From IMG/VR virus record IMGVR_UViG_3300049174_000044, positions 1-28,909 of that record: a stretch of DNA of 28,909 nt; one strand, given 5' to 3'. The stretch is from a virus (taxonomy: Duplodnaviria > Caudoviricetes). The position numbers and the translations under genes are program-made. Below the pieces are notes generated by a model that searched no databases, was not told the origin of the DNA, and worked only from the letters and a program-made list of their open reading frames with translations. Shown here piece by piece: positions 22,369 through 28,909 of the stretch. How positions within the stretch are numbered: the first letter of the stretch is position 1; every line of letters begins with the position of its first letter.

Positions 22369-22776
22369 TCAGTTTGATTTGACGCACAGGTCGCCGTGGA
22401 ACTGCCATCGCTCCCTGTCCAGAATGTCTGGGTGGGGGAAGTCGGTGGGGCCGTCTTCGTTGTCCCACGCCCGAATCCATATATCCCCGGCCGTTGTTTC
22501 AACGGTGGTCGCGGATGCATTGCGCAGCGCCGAGCGTGCCGTGTTGCACATCGCCTCAACCTGCGCCGGGTCGGGGGCGAAACACTCCACCAGGATGCGG
22601 GCATCGTCGGTGACGGGGGTGTCCTGACTGCCACCCACCCTCGTCACTTTCACGAACCGCTCCGGGCGGCTGTTCCGGGGCAGCTTCGCGGACACCTCCG
22701 CGTAGCCGCGGAACGCATCAGCCAGGATCGTGATCGCCGCCAACACAGCGGGTTTCGGTGTCGGCCAGATCAACAT
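22369..22776 (-). CDS. Tail terminator
   Basis: ATG 22776 (TAATG overlap). P.RFV.V.RVGG...D..RILVECFA...GP..FP.PD....RWQF.G.L; directly upstream of the major tail gene. Confidence 0.85.
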   Translation of the reverse strand: MLIWPTPKPAVLAAITILADAFRGYAEVSAKLPRNSRPERFVKVTRVGGSQDTPVTDDARILVECFAPDPAQVEAMCNTARSALRNASATTVETTAGDIWIRAWDNEDGPTDFPHPDILDRERWQFHGDLCVKSN

Positions 22777-23045
22777 TAGAGAACTTTGACCAGGGTGTTG
22801 TGGCGGGCGTTGGAACGTTTCGCTTCCGCTGTCGCGGTGAACACCGTGACCCGCCAACGTCCTTGCGGCTTCTTCGCGCCCTGACGTGAGCTCATCTTGT
22901 AGCCGTCTTTCTTTTTGAGGGTGGCGTTGGCGTGCTGCACACGCTGCCGCCCATTCACCTCCAACAGCCCGATGACTCCCGGCAGGGCGCGCAGCTCGTA
23001 GAAGCAGCCGTTCTTCCATCTGATGTAGAACCCCGGATCAGCCAT
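22776..23045 (-). CDS. Neck/tail-completion protein (HK97 gp10-like position)
   Basis: Basic ~89-aa protein GY..SS.QG....GRWRV.V..AT.EA...NA.HNTL.K.L; position upstream of the terminator. Confidence 0.75.
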   Translation of the reverse strand: MADPGFYIRWKNGCFYELRALPGVIGLLEVNGRQRVQHANATLKKKDGYKMSSRQGAKKPQGRWRVTVFTATAEAKRSNARHNTLVKVL

Positions 23046-23205
23046 CAATGACCTCTACCGCTTCCCATTTCCCGTCAGCGAACACAGCTAGCAGGTCCTC
23101 GCCGCCGCCGGACCAGATGCACAGATTGTTGTAGTCCTGCTCAGTGGAAAACCGCGTCGCGGAAGGGAACTCGCGGACATCGTCCTCGGTGTGTACGACG
23201 ATCAC
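23038..23205 (-). CDS. Hypothetical acidic protein (55 aa) in the head-tail connector block
   Basis: Not in the ORF track. GTGA-coupled; MIVVHTEDDVREFPSATRFSTEQDYNNLCIWSGGGEDLLAVFADGKWEAVEVIDG. Confidence 0.75.
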   Translation of the reverse strand: MIVVHTEDDVREFPSATRFSTEQDYNNLCIWSGGGEDLLAVFADGKWEAVEVIDG

Positions 23206-23636
23206 AGGTCCCCACCCGTGTAGGGGTCACAGATCTCGTTCACATCGAACGACAGATCGGAGCCGAGCACTTCAGAAGCAAGTGCGACGGACACGCTGCC
23301 CCCGCTGATCCGGTGCGGATTCAGCCTGGCTTTCTGCGACTTGGTGAGCCACGGCCCGGTCGTGGTCGGATATTCAGCGCCAACTCTGACAGTGGTTGCT
23401 TCACGGATGCTGTTGTATCCGCCGGCGCCATAGTCAGCCGTGGTGACCTCCGGGCGGCTGAGGACACCGGCAACCACGTCGGCGACTACGCGGGTGACGG
23501 CGCCCGGCACCGGATCTGGTTCACCCCCAAGGTAGTTGATGACCAGATCCGACGCCGACTCCAGCAGCACCGCCACATCTTCGGTGAAAGACCGCCCGAG
23601 GGCGGCTTCCACATCGTCCTCAGTGGCAAGCGCCAT
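23202..23636 (-). CDS. Head-to-tail adaptor
   Basis: Follows the capsid gene; MALAT..DV..ALGR...LL..ASDLV..YL..P.PVP.AV.RV.A...WLT...K.RL.P.R. Confidence 0.85.
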   Translation of the reverse strand: MALATEDDVEAALGRSFTEDVAVLLESASDLVINYLGGEPDPVPGAVTRVVADVVAGVLSRPEVTTADYGAGGYNSIREATTVRVGAEYPTTTGPWLTKSQKARLNPHRISGGSVSVALASEVLGSDLSFDVNEICDPYTGGDL

Positions 23637-23641
23637 CGCAG

Positions 23642-24535
23642 TTAGCTGCCCGCGCCGGTCGCGATAGCGACAGGTGTCTGGTTGGTGCCCAGCGTGGTCG
23701 TGGAAATACCCAGCACGTATGCAAACCGCGCCTTCATGCGGATAGCCACCATGTCACGCTCAGCAAGGTTGATCGAACCGACAGTTGCCTGGTCGAGGAA
23801 TTTCACCGTGATGTCCTGCCGGACACCGATTCTCACCCGCGACGAGTCGACAACGATCAGGCTGGCCTCCGCCGCCTCCCACGCACCGTTGCGGTTGAAA
23901 TAGGTTTGATACCCGCCCAATGATTCGTTGCGGAATATCGGCGCACCAGTGCTGTCGCGGATGTTCTCCACGTCGTAGCGCAGTGTGAGCGGCCCGAGCA
24001 GCGTGTCGGGCATGAACCCGGTCTTGGCGAGCTGCCGACCGGCTTTGTTGATCGAGCCGGGAATGTCGGCGACGTTCGCCGCGCCCAGCGTGATCGCCGA
24101 GGTTTGAGACGCCGCAACCGCGGCCGCCACCAGATCCGGAGACACCCACGAGGACGGCTTGTTAGTGCCGTGGATCACCGCCGAGTCCAGCACTTTTCCG
24201 ATCGCCTCACCACCGCGGCGGGTGACCTCCTCCAGGATGGAGGTGGTGGCGTCGTCGAGCACATTTTCATGCACCGGGACGATGACGGCGATTTCCTCGG
24301 CGACCAGCGTCAAGTCCGCCCAGGTGACTTCGCTGGTCGGTTTCGCCGCGGTCTCAGACACCCACCCTGCGGTCGGCAGGGACGCCAACACCGGAAGGTG
24401 GGTGGTTTTCGTTCCCATGTTCACTTTCGGGAACGCTTGCAGCACAGTCGAAGACGCCACCGCAGCGTCCAACAGCACGTGGCTGTAAGCCTCTTCGATT
24501 AGGGTTGATACATCAGTTCTGTTGATATCAGCCAT
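23642..24535 (-). CDS. Major capsid protein (HK97 fold)
   Basis: LPVL..LP.A.WVSE...KP.S..TW....L.AEEIAVI.PV.E..L.D...IGVRQDITV..L.Q...NL.ERDMVA.R...R. Confidence 0.95.
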   Translation of the reverse strand: MADINRTDVSTLIEEAYSHVLLDAAVASSTVLQAFPKVNMGTKTTHLPVLASLPTAGWVSETAAKPTSEVTWADLTLVAEEIAVIVPVHENVLDDATTSILEEVTRRGGEAIGKVLDSAVIHGTNKPSSWVSPDLVAAAVAASQTSAITLGAANVADIPGSINKAGRQLAKTGFMPDTLLGPLTLRYDVENIRDSTGAPIFRNESLGGYQTYFNRNGAWEAAEASLIVVDSSRVRIGVRQDITVKFLDQATVGSINLAERDMVAIRMKARFAYVLGISTTTLGTNQTPVAIATGAGS

Positions 24536-24552
24536 GATTGGCTAGTCCTTAT

Positions 24553-25071
24553 CTATCCTGTCCGGTACGCGCGCAGAGCTGCGGCGGCCCGTTCTTTGGG
24601 GTCCATGCGTGAATCCGAGCCCGTAGCACCGGATTTGAGCCCGGCGGAAGACTTCGTACCTTTCTTCGGCTTATTAAGTTCGTCGAAGAACGTCTTCAGC
24701 TCGTCGGCTGACTCCATCAGCTCCTCGATTGTGTCGCCGCGCAGAAACCTTTCTGGTACGTCTTTAGCGGTGGCGACCTGCTGTCGAAGGGTGCGGTACA
24801 GCTCGGATTCGAGTTGCACGATCCGCTCGGCCTGCTTCTCGGCTTCTGACTTGTTGGCCGCCTCGATTTCGTCGAACTTAGCGGCCTTCTCGGTCAGGTC
24901 TTTAATTTTGGATTTATAACGGTTCTCGAACCCTTTTACGATCTTGTCCAGTTGCTCCTGGGATGTGATGGGCTCGAACTCCGTTGCAGCCGAATCTGTT
25001 TCGGAAGGTGCTTCAGCCGTAGCTGTTTCCGGCATGGGTTCACTCACGGTAATTTTTCTTTCGTGTTTCAT
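24553..25071 (-). CDS. Scaffolding protein (start may be GTG 25047)
   Basis: Acidic coiled-coil F.PITSQE.LD.I...KAAKFDE.E.ANKSE.EK...L.G.T.EEL..SA; immediately upstream of the capsid gene. Confidence 0.88.
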   Translation of the reverse strand: MKHERKITVSEPMPETATAEAPSETDSAATEFEPITSQEQLDKIVKGFENRYKSKIKDLTEKAAKFDEIEAANKSEAEKQAERIVQLESELYRTLRQQVATAKDVPERFLRGDTIEELMESADELKTFFDELNKPKKGTKSSAGLKSGATGSDSRMDPKERAAAALRAYRTG

Positions 25072-25115
25072 AGCCCCGTCGGGCTGGCGTATTGTTTAAG
25101 CCCCGTCGGGCTGGC
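25072..25115. repeat. Two exact 17-bp direct repeats, each a small hairpin, upstream of the scaffold gene
   Basis: agccccgtcgggctggc at 25072-25088 and 25099-25115; minus strand reads AGCCC-GACG-GGGCT. Confidence 0.9.
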
Positions 25116-25120
25116 ACCCG

Positions 25121-25825
25121 TTAGTCGCCGGGTGTGGGCGAAGCCTCATGCGCGCGCGCATACTCTGCGCGGCGCATATGGTTGACGATGTCGTTCATGT
25201 CGCCGCCCTCAGCGGCGGCTTTCAGGTAGTCCTCTTCCCACTGCCCGACATAATCGGGCGGCTCCCACGAGTCACCCGCGCGGATCGGGACCGCTACACA
25301 ATGGCACAGGTCGTGGTACTTGTCGCCGACCTTGCGTTTACCCTTGGGGTTGACAACCCTGGTGGCCGATTGTTTGCTGACGTACAGCGTTTCGCGGGTG
25401 GCCAGCATCGCGCAGAACGAACACGCATTCGGCCGCGCATGCCGCGCCCACCTCACACCCTCGCGGTCAGCGTTGTGTTTGACCGTTGCCCGCGACTGAT
25501 TCCGGATATAGCGGTCCAAACTGTCAATCAAAGATCCGAGCGGATCGTCCTGATTCACCGCCCAGTCGACGTTCTTGTCCAACTGTTCTGTCGGCGGCAG
25601 CGGCGCCGGCTCAGGATCATACGGCGCGTCGGGGTTCTGCCCCCGATACCATTCTGTGGTCACGTCCGCTGCGGCTGAGCCGTAGGGTTCGGCGATGTCG
25701 GGATAGTTGCGTTTGATGGTTTCGTGGTCCTGCCCGCGGGCCATTTCGATCACGTCGCGGGCGGCTTGCTGCGCGATCTGGTCAAGAATGCTGTTGAAGC
25801 TGTCCGCCTCAGCCGGTGACGGCAC
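25121..25825 (-). CDS. MuF-like head morphogenesis / capsid maturation protein
   Basis: Between portal and scaffold; WAR.A..NAC.FC.MLATR...YHD.C.C.AVP. Confidence 0.85.
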   Translation of the reverse strand: MPSPAEADSFNSILDQIAQQAARDVIEMARGQDHETIKRNYPDIAEPYGSAAADVTTEWYRGQNPDAPYDPEPAPLPPTEQLDKNVDWAVNQDDPLGSLIDSLDRYIRNQSRATVKHNADREGVRWARHARPNACSFCAMLATRETLYVSKQSATRVVNPKGKRKVGDKYHDLCHCVAVPIRAGDSWEPPDYVGQWEEDYLKAAAEGGDMNDIVNHMRRAEYARAHEASPTPGD

Positions 25826-27233
25826 CGTTACTCATCGGCATATTCGCGGGCGACGGCTTAGGTGGTGTCGGCGCCGACACGTTCGGGGGCTGCGCTCGCA
25901 GCGCCGACACCAAATCAATCCCCCGATTACGGCGCAACGCATCCTTGATCGACTGAGTTTTCTGCTGCGTCACACCGGGAATCAAATCCACCAGCTCATC
26001 AATCGGCACCCCAGCCGCCGCAAGCTTGGTCACACCATCAACGATCGCGCCGAAAGCACGTGCCTCGGTGTCCCGCCACACCACCTCCGCAGACTCATCC
26101 GAAGATGTGACAGTGTCGCCTTCGATGTGGGCGGCGAGCCGAAACACTTGCTCCCACGACTCCCCGAACGAATCCCGCTTGGATTGGAGTTTGCGTTGCT
26201 GGTTAGCCTCAGCCGCAGCCAACGCCTCAGCGGACACGTTGACCATGCGTCCGGTGATCTGCGACGGACTTATCTGCGCTGAAAGAGCAACTGCCTCAGT
26301 CATTTCCGCCAACACGCCGTTGTAGTTGTCCAGGCTGGCGGGCGGGAAGCTGGAGGTTTGCACATCGGGGTCCTCGAACGCCCACACACGGCGCGCCGAC
26401 GCTGTCAGTACCTCAGATGGTGTCCCCGACCAGCCGGTGATAACTTTTTGCGGATAAGCGCCGAATCGCGACACCAACAGCCGATCGAAGTTGACGGCAT
26501 TTATAGCTTGCTGCTGCCTGATAAGCGGGGCGATCTCACCGACCACCATGTCATCGGCGTCGCGCTCATTGACGAACCGAACCACCGGGCAGTTATCGGA
26601 ACCGTGACGGTAGGCATCCTCAACCTCAGCGATCTGCGCGGTACGGGCGATCGAAGTCGCGAACTGATCATGGCTCAGTGTCGGGATCGACCCCATATCA
26701 AGCGGATAACAGTAGGTGTCGTCGTAAAGCATGCCCCGCCAACGCGCCTTCGCGTCGGACTGGTCCACCCACTGCTCAAACGCGTACTGCGGCCACAAAT
26801 CAACCTGCGTGTCCGCATAAACAGCCAACAACTGCCGCGGTGACTTCGTGTGCCACACAGACCCCTCTGCGCCCTTCGTAACAATCACGTAGGCCGCGCC
26901 GTAAGTCACCGCGGGACGATGCACCTCGTCTTGGCGGGCGTCCATCCGGTTACGCTGCCACGCCTCCCACGCCGGCCCGTTCTCCTTCGCCAACGCATCC
27001 CGATAACCCACCACCGACAGGTTCTGCGTAAAACTGTCCCGCACCAGTGAGAGCACGTTCTTGATCGACAACCGGGCTAGGTCCTTGATCTCCGGTTCAG
27101 AGCCTTCCGGGACAGCGGGGGCGCCCATCTGCCCCGTCACATAGCCGTACACGCGGTCCAGCCACACCCGCTCAGACAGATGCAGCTGCCACATGTCGGC
27201 GACGAGCAGGCGGATCTGATCCTCGTCAAGCAC
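25809..27233 (-). CDS. Portal protein (SPP1 gp6-like)
   Basis: Follows terL; W..WQ.N.MD..Q...HR....YG.AY, PVVRF.N, GEI.PLI..Q..IN, N.SAEAL..AE, FGE.WE...RLA, V.WRD. Confidence 0.93.
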   Translation of the reverse strand: MLDEDQIRLLVADMWQLHLSERVWLDRVYGYVTGQMGAPAVPEGSEPEIKDLARLSIKNVLSLVRDSFTQNLSVVGYRDALAKENGPAWEAWQRNRMDARQDEVHRPAVTYGAAYVIVTKGAEGSVWHTKSPRQLLAVYADTQVDLWPQYAFEQWVDQSDAKARWRGMLYDDTYCYPLDMGSIPTLSHDQFATSIARTAQIAEVEDAYRHGSDNCPVVRFVNERDADDMVVGEIAPLIRQQQAINAVNFDRLLVSRFGAYPQKVITGWSGTPSEVLTASARRVWAFEDPDVQTSSFPPASLDNYNGVLAEMTEAVALSAQISPSQITGRMVNVSAEALAAAEANQQRKLQSKRDSFGESWEQVFRLAAHIEGDTVTSSDESAEVVWRDTEARAFGAIVDGVTKLAAAGVPIDELVDLIPGVTQQKTQSIKDALRRNRGIDLVSALRAQPPNVSAPTPPKPSPANMPMSNGAVTG

Positions 27234-28688
27234 CTAGACAAACACCGCCCTTCCTGTCCTAGATCTTGGTTTCTCCGCAACCTCACTGGATGTCAAACCC
27301 CACAAAGCCAATGTCGCCGCAGTAACCGCCGTGATATCCGACTCCGAATCCTTACGAGACCAGCCCCACCCGCTGTCCCCGATCGGCCGCTTACGAGCCA
27401 CCGACAACGCCACATTCAGCATCGGCTGATCCAAATGCCGCACATGCCCATCCATCACCGCATCAAACAAACCCCCGCACGCCGCCGCCATCTGCCGCGC
27501 AGTCGTCCTCGTCACCGCAACACCCCGCTGGCCCAGCGGATCAATCAGCGACGCCGCCGCGGACATGCCGTCAATCACCACCGCCCGCACCTCATGCCGC
27601 GCACAGATATCGACGAACCGCTGAATCCCCCAATCAGGTTCCCCACGGCGGGACTCCACCACATCCACAAACGGCAACCCGCCGACAGTCCAGCCCGCCG
27701 CGGCGATAGACGCTGTGTCCCGCGCCGGGGACACATCAATCGCCACCGCAACCTCACCACCACTGTCGACCAGGTTGGAGTCGGCGCACGCCGCCCACGA
27801 ATCCGCCGAAATCACCCGCTGAGTGGCCACATCCGACCACATCCCCAACCGCTCCCGAGCGAAACCCTCATCAGAAGCGACAGCCCGCTCAGCGATCACA
27901 TTGTCGTAAACGATCCGGCCACCCAACGCCGGATTCGCCTGCGCCCACGCCTGCGGATCATCCAAATCGCAGCCAGTCTCAGCGGACCACTCAAACCAAC
28001 ACGACCGGTGATCCTTACCCTCCAGACCGCGCACCCGGAACCGGTCGAACACCACACCCTCAGCAGTCGACAACGGCGGCGTCCCCAACAACCAAATCTG
28101 GTGATTCGGCCGCGCAGAAACCGTGTACAGGATCGCCTCCCACGCCTGATCCGACAGGATCTGCGCCTCATCCAACAGCAGACAATCCGCCGAAAACCCG
28201 CGGATCGCCGACTTCGAACGGGTAACGAACTTCAACTCCTGGCCCGACCTCAGCCGGATGTACTCCCGCGCAACCGCATTCCCCACATTGGCGACCTTGC
28301 GGCGCAGATCATCGAAATTCTCGAAATAGGCTTTGATCCGCTGAAACGTCACCTGAACCGTGCGGGTCTCATGCGCCGACACGATGATCGACTGCTCGGC
28401 CAGCAGCAGCATCCCAGCCAACGCCCGCGCCTCGATGATCGCGCCCTTACCGTTCTGCCGCGGACACGAAATACCGATCTGCTTAGCCGCCCACATACCG
28501 TCGACACGCTCACCCATCGCCCCCTCAAGGACGTTCTCCTGCCACGGCTCACACACCAGCCCATACGCCGCCGCCAAAGCGACAACGTCCTCCCAGGAAT
28601 TAGCTCGAACGTTTTTGGGTGCGTGTCTTATGCGCGGCACTGGCGCGCCTTCTGGCAGCGCGACGGTCGGCGATTTCATCAGCGGCAC
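27234..28688 (-). CDS. terL: Terminase large subunit (start may be GTG 28640)
   Basis: PWQ, Walker A PRQNGKG, Walker B LLLDEAQ, coupling motif GTPP, ANPALG, RERLG.W, nuclease AIDVSP..D. Confidence 0.95.
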   Translation of the reverse strand: MPLMKSPTVALPEGAPVPRIRHAPKNVRANSWEDVVALAAAYGLVCEPWQENVLEGAMGERVDGMWAAKQIGISCPRQNGKGAIIEARALAGMLLLAEQSIIVSAHETRTVQVTFQRIKAYFENFDDLRRKVANVGNAVAREYIRLRSGQELKFVTRSKSAIRGFSADCLLLDEAQILSDQAWEAILYTVSARPNHQIWLLGTPPLSTAEGVVFDRFRVRGLEGKDHRSCWFEWSAETGCDLDDPQAWAQANPALGGRIVYDNVIAERAVASDEGFARERLGMWSDVATQRVISADSWAACADSNLVDSGGEVAVAIDVSPARDTASIAAAGWTVGGLPFVDVVESRRGEPDWGIQRFVDICARHEVRAVVIDGMSAAASLIDPLGQRGVAVTRTTARQMAAACGGLFDAVMDGHVRHLDQPMLNVALSVARKRPIGDSGWGWSRKDSESDITAVTAATLALWGLTSSEVAEKPRSRTGRAVFV

Positions 28689-28869
28689 TCACATGCTGGG
28701 ATTGGGGCATATCGTCTATCTGCTGCAACACATCGGTCAGGCGCAACGCCAGCGCGGCAACAGCCTGCGGCTGGACACAGTCGTCCAGGTCTTGTGCGAG
28801 CCGGTCACGCAGCGCGGTCAACGTGGCCAACCGGTCACCGGTCTGAGCAATACCAACTAAACTCACCAA
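28600..28869 (-). CDS. terS: Terminase small subunit (start TTG 28869 or GTG 28866)
   Basis: Short helical protein GDRL.TL..LRD.LA..LD...AAL...L..VL..ID...S..DEIA.RR..R overlapping the start of terL. Confidence 0.8.
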   Translation of the reverse strand: MVSLVGIAQTGDRLATLTALRDRLAQDLDDCVQPQAVAALALRLTDVLQQIDDMPQSQHVSAADEIADRRAARRRASAAHKTRTQKRSS

Positions 28870-28909
28870 CCACCTGCTTTACATTTCCGCTGCGTGTGTA
28901 AATGCCGCA

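Noticed and set aside
25121-25825. MuF-associated polymorphic toxin
   Set aside because: The protein is short, with no C-terminal toxin extension or adjacent immunity-like gene.
27180-28901. 573-aa plus-strand ORF
   Set aside because: Shadow of terL and terS; Arg/His/Pro-rich with no domain signal.

Overview
The window is the virion-structure and lysis arm of an actinobacterial siphophage or prophage, most like a mycobacteriophage, encoded as one tightly coupled operon on the minus strand (many ATGA/GTGA/TGATG overlaps). In transcription order (right to left): small and large terminase, portal, MuF-like/maturation protein, scaffold, major capsid, head-tail connector genes, tail terminator, major tail, tail assembly chaperones with a -1 frameshift, tape measure, Dit-like and hub-like minor tail proteins, a large accessory fibre block, a putative glycoside hydrolase, the lysis cassette (lysA, lysB, several small membrane proteins) and a NUMOD4-HNH endonuclease. 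I saw no integrase, tRNA, rRNA or CRISPR. The most unusual signals are: (1) a complete LysB-like serine esterase fused to the N-terminus of the baseplate hub protein; (2) a lysis-cassette LysB that appears circularly permuted; (3) a three-gene rope/adaptor/bead fibre module with about 21 tandem D-x-V-G-x-x-D repeats, which also occur in a second tail protein; (4) an RNA hairpin after the major tail gene whose loop is complementary to motifs upstream of both the major tail and chaperone genes. All family assignments come from motif recognition by eye; no searches were run.
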